A stretch of DNA of 64,000 nucleotides from Candidatus Pyrohabitans jungbluthii (GCA_002010065.2 MTMD02000014.1:127167-191166); one strand, 5' to 3'; shown: positions 42,380 to 57,108, counted from the stretch's first letter. Numbers and translations are program-made. The notes: a model not told the origin generated them from the letters alone.

Positions 42380-43042
42380 ATGGTGAGAATACTTATCGTG
42401 GACGATGACTCACAGATATGCGAAACCCTGGCGGAGATTCTCGCAGACGAGGGTTTTGAAGTGGAATACGTCCTTTCCGGTGAGAAGGCTCTTCAGAAGA
42501 TTGACAGCGAGCAATACGATGTGGTTATAACCGACCTGCTCATGCCGAAGGCTGATGGGATGGAGATTTTAACCCATGTTAAGCGCGTTAAGCCAAAGAC
42601 GCAGGTTATCATGATTACAGCCTTCGCTACAATAGAGAACGCGGTTGAGGCTATGAAGCGCGGTGCAAGCGACTATATAGCTAAGCCCTTTAAGATAAAC
42701 GAGATACAGTCTTCAATAAAGCGCGTGCTCGAGGAGGCGAAGTTCAAGGAGGAGTTCCTCTCAGCGCCACGGGATGTTGAGGAGGAGCTTGAGATCACGC
42801 TTAAGGTGCTGGCAAATCCCATAAGGAGAAATGCGCTGAAGATAATCGAAGCTGAGGGGAAAGCGTCCTTTAGCAGGATACTTGGCAAGATTAACTTAGA
42901 CGACCCCACGAAGCTAAGCTTTCATCTGCGCCAGCTCAGGGAAGCAGGTCTTGTTGACCAGAATATAAACAAGGAGTACTACATTACCGGTAAAGGGGAG
43001 AGGGCACTGAATATTCTGAGGGAGCTTATGACAGCTCTCTGA
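42380..43042 (+). CDS. Response regulator, REC + ArsR-like wHTH
   Basis: IVDDD, TDLLMP, KPF; C-terminal LANPIRR...LSFHLRQLREAGLV...YYIT. Confidence 0.9.
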   Translation: MVRILIVDDDSQICETLAEILADEGFEVEYVLSGEKALQKIDSEQYDVVITDLLMPKADGMEILTHVKRVKPKTQVIMITAFATIENAVEAMKRGASDYIAKPFKINEIQSSIKRVLEEAKFKEEFLSAPRDVEEELEITLKVLANPIRRNALKIIEAEGKASFSRILGKINLDDPTKLSFHLRQLREAGLVDQNINKEYYITGKGERALNILRELMTAL

Positions 43043-43153
43043 TTTCTGAAAAGGATTTATAAATCTCTTGAGTTATATAAAAAAATTTCAAATAAAATAT
43101 TTATACATGTTAATTAATTAAAATTATATTGAATAAAGAGGGGCTTTTGGAGA

Positions 43154-43309
43154 GTGGTGGCATTGCCTCTTGAGGAAGAGATTCTCAAGCAACTTGCAAG
43201 CAATGATGTCAGGGACATAGAAGAACTGGCTATTAAACTTAAAGTTGAAGAGGAAATTGTGAGGGAAACCCTCAACAGGCTTAAGTCTGCTGGTCTACTG
43301 TTAATATGA
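43154..43309 (+). CDS. Small wHTH protein (~50 aa)
   Basis: Not in ORF track: LEEEILKQLASNDVRDIEELAIKLKVEEEIVRETLNRLKSAGLL. Confidence 0.65.
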   Translation: MVALPLEEEILKQLASNDVRDIEELAIKLKVEEEIVRETLNRLKSAGLLLI

Positions 43310-43318
43310 GAGGAGAGA

Positions 43319-43954
43319 TTGATGCGGTTTGCATGGGCCATCCTCTTAGGTTTTGCTATATCTAATTTTGCCTCTCTAATTTACGAGGTTGCGTGGAGCA
43401 GGGAACTTACCTACATTTTTGGCACTTCGGTTTATGCGGTGAGTACCATTCTCACATCCTTCATGGCGGGGCTAGCCCTGGGGAGTTACATCTTCGGGAA
43501 ACTTGCTGACCGCTACGAAAATCCGGTAAAGCTCTTTGCCCTGCTCGAGATTGGAATCGGTACCTACGGCGTTGGCACACTGGCGATATTCCCTTTTCTT
43601 CGCTATCCCTTCTTTTTCTTCCACGACCTCTTCGAGGGAACCTTCTTATTTTCTTTATCCAAGTTTTTGCTCTGCTTTTTTGTGCTTCTTCCTCCAACTG
43701 CGCTGATAGGTGGAACCTTTCCCCTAGTAGGAAAAATTTACGCCAGTGGCATTGCCACTCTCGGCAAACGCGTGGGCGTTGTTTATACCGCCGATACCCT
43801 GGGTGCTGCCATGGGCTCATTTCTCACCGGATTTATTTTTCTTCCATATCTCGGGCTTAAGAATACCATATTTGCCGCTGCTGCCATAAACCTGCTCCTG
43901 GGCATAGCGATTTACAACTTTTCATCGCCGAGGGGGGGTGAGGCCGCTGAATAA
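43319..43954 (+). CDS. MFS-like/spermidine synthase fusion, N-terminal membrane repeat
   Basis: YEVAWSR, FMAGLALGS, GGTFP, DTLGA. Confidence 0.8.
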   Translation: MMRFAWAILLGFAISNFASLIYEVAWSRELTYIFGTSVYAVSTILTSFMAGLALGSYIFGKLADRYENPVKLFALLEIGIGTYGVGTLAIFPFLRYPFFFFHDLFEGTFLFSLSKFLLCFFVLLPPTALIGGTFPLVGKIYASGIATLGKRVGVVYTADTLGAAMGSFLTGFIFLPYLGLKNTIFAAAAINLLLGIAIYNFSSPRGGEAAE

Positions 43955-46208
43955 AACACACCCTGTGCTGGACAAGCTCATTCTCTTTGGATTTTTCCTT
44001 TCAGGATTCGCTGCACTTAGTTATGAGCAGATATGGACGCAGTTGCTTATGCTTGTCTACGGTGCATCAACCTACGCCTTTTCGGTTATGCTTACGTGTT
44101 TCTTCATCGGTCTTGCCCTTGGAAGCTACCTCATAAGCAGGGTGGTTGACCGTCTGAGAATGCCAATAATAACCTTCTCTTTTGTTGAACTCGCAATAGG
44201 CCTTTTTGGGCTTTTGCTGCTTCCAGTTTTCACAAAGCTTGACGAGCCCTATCTGCGCTTCTACCTGACAGCGCCTTCCTACCACTACTTCCTGCTCTCA
44301 TGGTTCATAATACCCTTCTTTCTTCTCTTTCCCACAACACTAATGGGTGCAACGCTACCTCTTGTAAGCAGAATTTTCGCTGCCGACGAGGCGAGAATAG
44401 GCACCGCCATAGGGGAAGTTTTCTCAGCCAATACATTTGGAAGCATAGCAGGAGCATTCCTAACTGGATTTGTGCTCATCCCAAGCTTGGGTGTTGAAAA
44501 GGCGACGCTCATTGCAGCTCTCGCCAACATCTCCGTAGCTCTCCTTCTCTTCCTCTACTCTGATAGGCTGCTGGCGATGCAGGGTATATATTCACTGCCT
44601 CTTGGCAGGTACTTCAGGAAGCGGAAAAGGCAGTTCTACTCCCTTCTTTTTGTTTCTCTCCTTCTTTCTCTCTTTATCGCCAGCTACAGGATAGACCCCA
44701 CTTTTGCCGGGGTTTACTACGCTGGCAAGAGGTTTTCGAGCTTGGAAGAGTGGAAGGAGGCAAAGGAGAGCTTTGAAATAATCTACAGCAGGTTTGGTCT
44801 CTATGGTCTGGTGATGGTTGGCAGGGACAGCGAGGGCCTTTATCTTGCAGTTAACGGCAAGACCGAAGCAAGTACAACTCGCGAAGACATGGAGACGCAA
44901 TACTTGATAGCCTACCTACCTTTAATGATCCATGGCAATGCCAAGGATGTGCTTAACATTGGCTTGGGCGGAGGCTTCACCCTTGCCGCTATTGCGACGA
45001 TGCCGGTGGAAAAAATAGACAACATCGAGATAAACCCCCTCGTTGCTGAAGTCGCAGAAAAGTACTTCTCTCAGTACAATAACCACGTGCTTAGAGATCC
45101 GAGGGTAAAGCTAATCTTCGCCGACGGCAGAAATCACCTGTGGCACTCCTCGGATAAATATGATGTGATAATCTCAGAGCCCTCAAATCCGTGGATCTCG
45201 GGCGAGGGACATCTATTTACTAAGGAGTTCTTTGAAATAGTGCGCCAGCATTTAAAAGAAGACGGCATATTCTGCCAGTGGGCACCCATGTATGAGCACG
45301 ACAGCGAGGATATAAAAATAATGCTTCGAACGATTAGCAGCGTCTTTCCCTACGTTCAGGTTTACAACTCGGGCGCAGATATGATTATTCTCGCATCGCA
45401 GCAGGAGATAAACCCCGACTTCTCAAAAATTCTCAGCTATCTTTCACGAGAGGAGGTTCGAAGGAGCCTCGCTACCATATACGGGGAAGACAGACCTCTA
45501 CAGCTAGCGGACGAGCTTTTCAAAACCTTTCTTCTCGACTCCGAGGAAGTAAAAGAATATGTGAGAGGAGAGCAGACTTTGAATACCGATGACCACACCG
45601 TGCTTGAATTCAGAAGTGCTCTCAATACCATAAAGAAAAAGTATCATGACCCTAGGCATGTGATTGAACCTTTAAATGATATAATTGCCTTTAAGAAATC
45701 CTACACAGGCAGTCCGGTTTTCACACCCCCACTCTCTGGTTTGGTAGCCTCGTCCGAGGATAGGGATACCCTCCTCTTCCTTGGACTTGAGGTTAGCACT
45801 GGGAATAACTGGAGCCTCAGCGATTTAAATTATGGGCACATGCTGGCGATTTCCAAGGAGGGGACGGTAATGTATTCACTGGGCAAAAGTGCTGTTTACA
45901 GCTTGCCCAACCAAGGTAAGCTCGCTGTAGTCGGCCTGGACATGAGCGCTCCACCTCCTGAGGAAGTATTGGGAGGTATAGTAAGGGAGGTGTTCGGCCT
46001 CGATGAAGTTAGGGTAGTGGGAAGCTATAGAGGTGAGGAACACATCTTCCACACCTTTGAAGTCAGTGCTGCGAGAGGCCGCCTACTGGGTATGTCTAAG
46101 GCCTGGTATTGTGAGCATAACGGAATTCTCTACATAGCAATCGCAGCTTTCCCTGCTGGAGAGGGTGACGCAGGAAAGGCTCTGGAAGCGCTTCGCTGCC
46201 TACATTAG
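43938..46208 (+). CDS. MFS-like/spermidine synthase fusion: membrane repeat + SpeE-like domain + C-terminal extension
   Basis: YEQIW, NTFGS, IGLGGG, EINP, DGRN, ISEPSNPW. Confidence 0.85.
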   Translation: MRPLNKTHPVLDKLILFGFFLSGFAALSYEQIWTQLLMLVYGASTYAFSVMLTCFFIGLALGSYLISRVVDRLRMPIITFSFVELAIGLFGLLLLPVFTKLDEPYLRFYLTAPSYHYFLLSWFIIPFFLLFPTTLMGATLPLVSRIFAADEARIGTAIGEVFSANTFGSIAGAFLTGFVLIPSLGVEKATLIAALANISVALLLFLYSDRLLAMQGIYSLPLGRYFRKRKRQFYSLLFVSLLLSLFIASYRIDPTFAGVYYAGKRFSSLEEWKEAKESFEIIYSRFGLYGLVMVGRDSEGLYLAVNGKTEASTTREDMETQYLIAYLPLMIHGNAKDVLNIGLGGGFTLAAIATMPVEKIDNIEINPLVAEVAEKYFSQYNNHVLRDPRVKLIFADGRNHLWHSSDKYDVIISEPSNPWISGEGHLFTKEFFEIVRQHLKEDGIFCQWAPMYEHDSEDIKIMLRTISSVFPYVQVYNSGADMIILASQQEINPDFSKILSYLSREEVRRSLATIYGEDRPLQLADELFKTFLLDSEEVKEYVRGEQTLNTDDHTVLEFRSALNTIKKKYHDPRHVIEPLNDIIAFKKSYTGSPVFTPPLSGLVASSEDRDTLLFLGLEVSTGNNWSLSDLNYGHMLAISKEGTVMYSLGKSAVYSLPNQGKLAVVGLDMSAPPPEEVLGGIVREVFGLDEVRVVGSYRGEEHIFHTFEVSAARGRLLGMSKAWYCEHNGILYIAIAAFPAGEGDAGKALEALRCLH

Positions 46209-47101
46209 GGTGCCATTGGGGTATACTTCTCCAGAAATTCGTACTTCTCTCTGTAGAGAATGCGCAGCGCCGCTTTTGCCTGCGTCGACGCGTTTGCGCT
46301 CATCTCCACCAGCTTTATGAATTTCCCGGTGCGCATGCTCTCCCTTATATCTGCCATAACCCCGCGAAGCATGGCGATGTTATGCTTCACCAGCAGTGGG
46401 AGGCTATTTTGCAGCCTTTCCTTATCATTTGCAATGCACACCTCGCAGGTGCACGGAAGCTCCTTCATTCTATCGAGGGGGTAGCTTTCATAAGGGGTCA
46501 GGTAGAAGCCGCGCAGTGCCGAGCTTATCGCATAGCTTGCGTCCAGTAAATCCACGCCCATGTATGCGAGCACAGGAAAGAGCGCAAGGGGAGCGCCCGG
46601 CAAGTAAAGCACAGTGTTTGGGCTTACCGCCTCTCTTACGCGCGTAACAACCTCCACCAGTAACCTGGGGCGCTGGCAGAGTTTGGCACCGTTGGCTATG
46701 CAGAGCAACCTTCGCGACGCGAGTTTACGGGCTGCACGCTCTCTTAGCTCGGGATACTTACCCCCTTCGATTATAGCACCATGTTCAGGGAACTGCTCCG
46801 CAAGAGCGAGGGTTTTCTCCACCCCAAGCTCAGCCAGCTCTCTGTGGATGTCGAGCCCAAAGCCAGCGCTGGGCAGGATTCCAAAGCGTCTTATTTTCGC
46901 TCCTACGCCGAGAGTTCCGTAGTGGACCACCACCGGCGCCTTTGAGGTGCGCATCCAGTAGGGGGTGATGTAAACTTCATGCTTTAGGCGGGAGGTGGAA
47001 GAGGTTATGTTAAGGAGAAAGTTGGGAGTGGGAATCTTTTTATCTTCGAGATGCCATACTCCCAGGCGAGCAGGACCAGAGTGGGCAAGTATTTCCAGCA
47101 T
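46205..47101 (-). CDS. Archaeosine synthase ArcS/TGT-like N-terminal domain (split form)
   Basis: GPARLG, TP, YMGVDLLD, CTCEVC Zn site, LEKYTP end; no PUA domain. Confidence 0.7.
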   Translation of the reverse strand: MLEILAHSGPARLGVWHLEDKKIPTPNFLLNITSSTSRLKHEVYITPYWMRTSKAPVVVHYGTLGVGAKIRRFGILPSAGFGLDIHRELAELGVEKTLALAEQFPEHGAIIEGGKYPELRERAARKLASRRLLCIANGAKLCQRPRLLVEVVTRVREAVSPNTVLYLPGAPLALFPVLAYMGVDLLDASYAISSALRGFYLTPYESYPLDRMKELPCTCEVCIANDKERLQNSLPLLVKHNIAMLRGVMADIRESMRTGKFIKLVEMSANASTQAKAALRILYREKYEFLEKYTPMAP

Positions 47102-47148
47102 GGGCTAAGCTTGCATTTCCTGCTATAATAAGCTTTGGAGGCTGAGCG

Positions 47149-47724
47149 ATGGAGAGGAAGATTGTGTATTTTGACTCCCCCGGCAAGAGGAACACCGACG
47201 AGGTTATCCGCATTGCAAGGGAGCGCGTGAAGGAGGGCGGCATCGAGAAGGTGGTCGTTGCCAGCGCCTCAGGGGCTACGGCGGTTAAGGTTCTGGAGGC
47301 TTTCTCAGGGCTACGCGTCAAGATAATTGCCGTAACCTACCATGCGGGCTTCTCCTCGCCAGGAAGCGTTGATTTAGAGGAAGAGAACCGCCGTGCCCTG
47401 GAGGCGGCGGGAGTACCCATAGTAATGGCTACGCATGCGCTCAGTGGCGTTGAGCGTTCCTTTTCGCGGAGATTCGGCGGCATCTCTACGGTTGAAGTTG
47501 TGGCAGAGACTTTACGAGCCCTCTTCGGGCAGGGGCTCAAGACATGCGTTGAGGTGGCGATAATGGCATGCGACGCTGGCAGGGTTTCACCGCACGAAGA
47601 CGTTATAGCTCTGGGTGGCACAGGCGGAGTAGGCGTGGACACTGCGTGCGTAATTCGCCCCGCGAACATGAACCGCTTCTTCGATATGCGGGTGAGGGAG
47701 GTACTCTGCATGCCGAGGAAGTGA
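47149..47724 (+). CDS. Pyruvate kinase C-terminal-like protein (COG1751)
   Basis: YFDSPGKRNT, VASASG, HALSGVER, GQGLKTCVE. Confidence 0.88.
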   Translation: MERKIVYFDSPGKRNTDEVIRIARERVKEGGIEKVVVASASGATAVKVLEAFSGLRVKIIAVTYHAGFSSPGSVDLEEENRRALEAAGVPIVMATHALSGVERSFSRRFGGISTVEVVAETLRALFGQGLKTCVEVAIMACDAGRVSPHEDVIALGGTGGVGVDTACVIRPANMNRFFDMRVREVLCMPRK

Positions 47725-47850
47725 GTGCTACAACAACCCTTGCACTCGTGACTCGCTACTCTATGGAACACGCCGTGGAAAGCTTACAACATTGCTTTCA
47801 CACGGCATGTGCACAATAAGATACACACCGAGTAACCTCTCAGAAACTCA

Positions 47851-48134
47851 AAATTGGTTATAAGAGGTTAACATCCCATTAGTAATAGGGCGCAGCCTTC
47901 GGCGAAATGCCCGGAGGTGGCGAGGAGCCTGAGATGAAGGGCATCAAAATCCTGGCTGCGCTATAGCTCGCGCATGGGCGCGAGGATCTCTTTTGAAACC
48001 CTCGACAAGAGGGTTGATGACAGCAATGAGGGCTCAAGCTCATCGCTTGGGTCTGATGTAGGCTCGGCAGTGGTGAAACCCGGTTAGTGGTGCTTGTAAA
48101 AAACCTTTTGAGCAGGGAAACCCCGCCAATCCTA
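47851..48134 (+). promoter_or_regulatory. rRNA promoter and structured 5' leader with 16S processing-stem strand
   Basis: AAAATTGGTTATAAG BRE/TATA-like; AGGCTCGGCAGTGGTGAAACCCGGTTAGTGGTGC pairs with 49631-49664. Confidence 0.65.
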
Positions 48135-49623
<1,489 letters not shown>

Positions 49624-49736
49624 GAGCACGGCACCGCTAACCGGGCACCAAATCTGCCGAGCCTGTTCCAGAAAGTTTAACACGTTAGGGCTCGGGTAAT
49701 GAGGTGGGCGCACACATAGTGTGCGTCTGTTAATCC

Positions 49737-49809
49737 GGGCCCGTAGCTCAGTTGGAAGAGCATCCGGTTTGCAGCCGGAAGGCCACGGGTTCAAATCCCG
49801 TCGGGTCCA
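49737..49809 (+). tRNA. tRNA-Ala(TGC)
   Basis: Cloverleaf, anticodon TGC at 49770-72, G3:U70 pair, no encoded CCA. Confidence 0.97.
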
Positions 49810-49956
49810 CTTCACCCTTTCATCATCATGGTCATCTAGTGACTGAGGCCCGCAATCTCGCGGTTGCGGGTCAATAGGCCGAGAGCGATTATGATAATCG
49901 CTCGCTGAGGCCCCGCATAGGTCTGGCTGAGTGCAATCTGACTCTGTGCCCCAGTA

Positions 49957-53009
<3,053 letters not shown>

Positions 53010-53054
53010 GAAAAGGCGCAGAGTCAGGCACTGATCAGCCAGACCTATGCGGGG

Positions 53055-53075
53055 CCTTTTATTCTTATTCGCTTG
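53055..53075 (+). terminator. T-rich rRNA operon terminator
   Basis: CTTTTATTCTTATTC immediately after the 23S processing stem. Confidence 0.5.
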
Positions 53076-53358
53076 TTCTGAGATGTGTTGAGTTTTGTTG
53101 AAAAAGAAGGATGACTGCCCTTACTCTTCTATATCTGAAGCAAAATAGCATAGAAGAGCCCCCTATTAGGACATATTTCAATATCACCCATATGAATTCC
53201 TCAACAAATTCTTTTCTTTCGTCGATTATATTTTGCATCCAGATATTTGAAGATTTGATTCGTATTAATTACATACTTTGAATATAACTTTTTCTTTCAA
53301 GCACGGCGAAAGAATCATAAACAAGTTCTTAGAATTTAATATATTAGAGGTTTTCTAT

Positions 53359-54060
53359 GTGTTCGGTATCTACGATATCCCCTTAAGGATGGAGAGGGAG
53401 TTCACCCTTTCGGTTGAGGAGAGGGGCGAAAACTTTGTTTACCGCAGGGAGAGCGGTGACGAGATAGTTGAGAAGATGCTCCTCGCGGGAGATGGGAAAC
53501 TCCTTGTTAACCCTGTGGAGCCTCTAAACAAGCCCAAGGAGATAACCCCTCTTCTTTTAATAGAGTTCCAGAAGCCTGTGGTTATTGAGCCAGGGGCAAA
53601 GAGGAAAATCTTCCTGAAGTTCCCCATTGAAATAGGGGTGTTCATCTCTGGGGGCAAAAAACTTGAGGTGATGGACATCTTTACCATTGCCAGGCAGAAG
53701 TATACCCTGTATGGCGATGTGAGCACAGGTAAGATCTGCAGGTACTGGAAAAGTGATGTTTACCCTTCCATACCTGAGGCTGACCCCGTGAGGGAGGGGA
53801 TTCTGGAGCTCAGGTTTGAGAATTTGTCAAGGGGCTGGGTGGAAGTGACAAGGGCGGTGTTCAACGCCTACGGCATGAAAATCTACTACAGCGATTCTAT
53901 GGTGAGTATGCGTGGAAACATGCGAATACTCGGCGAAGGCACGGCGGAGACGTACTTCTCCAACTCGCCCCTTGAAAAGGGTATGAAGAAGGCTGTAGAG
54001 CTTTACACTGCCAGAAGACTTGCAATTTCAACAAAATTTCTGATGGAGGCGGGACTGTGA
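53359..54060 (+). CDS. DUF432 family protein
   Basis: NPVEP, FPIEIGV, KYTLYG; typical partner of mscS; start at GTG 53359. Confidence 0.85.
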   Translation: MFGIYDIPLRMEREFTLSVEERGENFVYRRESGDEIVEKMLLAGDGKLLVNPVEPLNKPKEITPLLLIEFQKPVVIEPGAKRKIFLKFPIEIGVFISGGKKLEVMDIFTIARQKYTLYGDVSTGKICRYWKSDVYPSIPEADPVREGILELRFENLSRGWVEVTRAVFNAYGMKIYYSDSMVSMRGNMRILGEGTAETYFSNSPLEKGMKKAVELYTARRLAISTKFLMEAGL

Positions 54061-54860
54061 TTTTGGATACCGTGATTTACGGGGAAATAACCCTCTTCAA
54101 TCTCCTTCAGGTTCTGTTTATCCTTATCATTGCAGCGATTTTGGCAAAGGTTGTGGTTTTAAACATCAGGAGGTCTCTCAAGGATAAGCTGAGGAAGGAC
54201 CATCTGGAAATCCTTGTCAAGGCTGTTTACTACACCATCATCGGCGTTGCGGTGATTTCAGTCCTCCCCATCCTGGGTGTAAATCCTTCAGGCTTTCTTG
54301 TGGCGGGGGGGATAGCGGGGCTTGTTATAGGCTTTGCCAGCCAGAAGATAGTTGCCAACCTGATCTCAGGGGTTTTTCTTGTTGTGGAGAGACCTGTGAA
54401 GATAGGGGACCAGATAAACATAGGCGACGTCTCGGGCATTGTGGTTGACATACACATCATCTCAACCATAATAAGAACCTTCGACGGGCTCTACGTGCGG
54501 GTGCCAAACGAGAAGGTGTTCACATCCAGCATAACCAACTTCGTTGGAAACGTGGCGAGGAGGTTTGAGTACGAGGTGGGGATAAGCTATAGCGACGACG
54601 TTGATAAAGCCAGTGAGGTAATTATAAAAGTCATTGAAGAGCACCCCTTTGCCCTTAAAAACCCCGCACCCCAGGTTTTTGTGGACAGGCTTGGAGAGAG
54701 CGCGGTTGTGCTGAGGGTGAGGATATGGGCACCCTCCACAGAGTGGTTTGGTGTGAGAATGGAGCTTCTGTGGAAAATTAAGAAGGCTCTTGAGGAGGAG
54801 GGCATAAAGGTACCCTTCCCGCAGCGCGTGGTGTGGCTTAGGGATGAGCCCTCCCGATAA
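54057..54860 (+). CDS. mscS: Small-conductance mechanosensitive channel
   Basis: GFASQ, NLISG, ERPVKIGD, VPN, PFPQR. Confidence 0.93.
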   Translation: MILDTVIYGEITLFNLLQVLFILIIAAILAKVVVLNIRRSLKDKLRKDHLEILVKAVYYTIIGVAVISVLPILGVNPSGFLVAGGIAGLVIGFASQKIVANLISGVFLVVERPVKIGDQINIGDVSGIVVDIHIISTIIRTFDGLYVRVPNEKVFTSSITNFVGNVARRFEYEVGISYSDDVDKASEVIIKVIEEHPFALKNPAPQVFVDRLGESAVVLRVRIWAPSTEWFGVRMELLWKIKKALEEEGIKVPFPQRVVWLRDEPSR

Positions 54861-54935
54861 CGCAAAGTCTACTTTATGCAATGGCAGGTGTTTTTATATT
54901 CTTTAAAATCCATGTATTAACAGGGAGGTGGATAA

Positions 54936-55409
54936 ATGGTGGTTCAGATGAAAGTTAAAGGGGGAATTGTGCCGGGGGAGACAGCTTTAAAGTACGTGCA
55001 GAATCTGATTGATCCTACCAGGCAGGTAAGAAGCGGGTGGATTGAACTCACCCTTAAGGATGTATATATCCTCGAGGGATCGGGGAGTGTGGATTTTAGC
55101 GGCAAGGAGTCAAGCGCGGGTAAGCTCAAAAAACACCCTAAGCTGAAGAGAGAGGGCGATGCTTACGGCTGGTGGGCATTGGGGGGCGGAAGCTATGTCA
55201 TAGAGTTCAATGAAAAGATTTCCCTGCCCGAAAACTCCTACGCCCTGCTTTCTCCCAGACCACACCTGGTAATCAATGAGGCATTTCACCCCACTATGGT
55301 ATTGCATCCAGGTGAAAATCTCTGTCACGTTACTCTTTCAGTGGGCTCGCCCGGAATTAACCTCAAGGAAAATGCCAGGATTTCCAGGCTTTCAATCTTT
55401 GAATTTTGA
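54936..55409 (+). CDS. dCTP deaminase/dUTPase-like protein (divergent)
   Basis: ELTL, YVIEFNE, NARISRL; canonical PRSS appears as PRPH. Confidence 0.65.
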   Translation: MVVQMKVKGGIVPGETALKYVQNLIDPTRQVRSGWIELTLKDVYILEGSGSVDFSGKESSAGKLKKHPKLKREGDAYGWWALGGGSYVIEFNEKISLPENSYALLSPRPHLVINEAFHPTMVLHPGENLCHVTLSVGSPGINLKENARISRLSIFEF

Positions 55410-55476
55410 CTTTTCCTCCCCAATTTTATTTTTATATAAACATGGCTGCCATCGCCAGCCGTCCTTAAAAGCCACC

Positions 55477-55893
55477 CTAACCAGTAATCCTGCGCCTGTA
55501 CTCCCTGAATATGTCAGTACTCCCTATTACCCCCACAACCCTGCCATCCTTCTTCACCGGCAGGTTGCAAATCTGGTTCTCGCCCATTAGCCTGGCTGCC
55601 TCTCTCACAGTGTCGTCGGCATCTATGAAAATCACAGGCTTCTCCATGATGTCGCCCACTCTGACCTTGAGCGGGTCCAAGCCCTTGCCTATCACCTTCT
55701 CCATTATGTCAAATCGCGTCACCAGCCCGAGCTCCTTGTAGGGGTTCATCCTCGCTACGATAATGCAACGGAAATTGTGCTCAAGCATGCGGCTCATCGC
55801 GTCTATGACTCGCAATTCGGGCTCCACCATGAGCACATACTTTGTCATCAGCTCAGAAACCCGCATGTCCGGAATAGCCTTGTAGTCTGCCAT
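55477..55893 (-). CDS. CBS domain pair protein
   Basis: GLVTRFD, LPV..DGRVVGVI. Confidence 0.9.
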   Translation of the reverse strand: MADYKAIPDMRVSELMTKYVLMVEPELRVIDAMSRMLEHNFRCIIVARMNPYKELGLVTRFDIMEKVIGKGLDPLKVRVGDIMEKPVIFIDADDTVREAARLMGENQICNLPVKKDGRVVGVIGSTDIFREYRRRITG

Positions 55894-56052
55894 GCGCCTC
55901 CCTTCTGTTGCTTTATTATTTATATCTGCGCGTGGTAGAAAAAGTTTTCTTTTTGGATGCCTGTAAAAACCATTTAAAGGTGCCGACGTTACGCTTTGGC
56001 ATGCCTTAAACCATTTATATTAGTAATGTTGATTTAGAGCAAGGTGGTTGTC

Positions 56053-57102
56053 ATGGACAAGTACAGCGTCGCAGTATTGGGAGCCACTGGAATGGTGGGG
56101 CAGCGCTTCATTCAGCTTTTAGCTGAGCACCCCTACTTTGAACTCACCAGCGTTGCAGCCTCTGAGCGGAGCGCAGGTAAGCGCTACGCCGAAGCAGCGA
56201 AGTGGTACCTCGAGGGCGATATTCCAGAGGCTGTGAGAGACCTCACTGTAGTGCCGGTATCTCCTGAGAAGGTAAAGGCTGACATAGTTTTCTCTGCCCT
56301 GCCCAGTGGCGTCGCAAAGGAGGTGGAGCCCGAGTTTGCCAAGGCTGGATTTATAGTGGCGAGCAACGCCTCAGCCTACCGCATGGCTGAGGATGTGCCT
56401 CTGCTTATCCCTGAGGTCAACCCGGAGCATCTCGACATGATAGAGGTGCAGCAGGAGCGCAGAGGCTGGGACGGGGCGATAATCACCAACCCCAACTGCT
56501 CCACGATAATGGCAACCCTTACTTTCAAGCCCATCTACGACGCCTTTGGCATTGAAGAGGTCGTCGTAACCACGATGCAGGCTCTCTCCGGCGCTGGCTA
56601 TAACGGTGTGCCAAGCATGGCGATAGTTGACAACCTCATCCCCTACATAGCAAAAGAGGAGGAGAAGGTGGAGACCGAGGCGCTCAAGATTCTGGGCAAC
56701 TTCAACGGCGCGGAGATAGAGCAGGCGGATTTCAAAATTTCTGCCTCCTGCAACCGCGTGGCTGTGCTCGACGGCCACACTGAGTCGATTTTCCTGCGCA
56801 CGTCCAAAGAGGCAACCCCTGAGGAGATTAAGCAGGCGATGCGAAACTTCAGGGGTAAGCCTCAGGAGCTTGGCCTACCCACTGCACCACCCGAGCCTCT
56901 GATTGTGCGGGAGGAGCAGGACCGCCCGCAGCCCCGCTTAGACAGAAATGCTGGCAATGGCATGGCAGTAACCGTGGGCAGGGTTAGAGAGGACAAGATT
57001 CTCGGTGTGAAGTACATGGCTATGGGGCACAATACAATACGCGGCGCCGCGGGAGCGAGTGTGCTCAACGCCGAGCTTCTTGTAAAGACAAGGAAGCTGT
57101 GA
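56053..57102 (+). CDS. asd: Aspartate-semialdehyde dehydrogenase
   Basis: [34 protein letters not shown]. Confidence 0.97.
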   Translation: MDKYSVAVLGATGMVGQRFIQLLAEHPYFELTSVAASERSAGKRYAEAAKWYLEGDIPEAVRDLTVVPVSPEKVKADIVFSALPSGVAKEVEPEFAKAGFIVASNASAYRMAEDVPLLIPEVNPEHLDMIEVQQERRGWDGAIITNPNCSTIMATLTFKPIYDAFGIEEVVVTTMQALSGAGYNGVPSMAIVDNLIPYIAKEEEKVETEALKILGNFNGAEIEQADFKISASCNRVAVLDGHTESIFLRTSKEATPEEIKQAMRNFRGKPQELGLPTAPPEPLIVREEQDRPQPRLDRNAGNGMAVTVGRVREDKILGVKYMAMGHNTIRGAAGASVLNAELLVKTRKL

Positions 57103-57108
57103 AGGGAG

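Noticed and set aside
53075-53280. Possible 5S rRNA or small minus-strand ORF after 23S
   Set aside because: AT-rich with no 5S signature; the short ORF has no recognisable similarity.
55960-56030. Lysine riboswitch upstream of asd
   Set aside because: Too short and lacks motifs; the repeated AAACCATTTA looks like tandem BRE-TATA elements.
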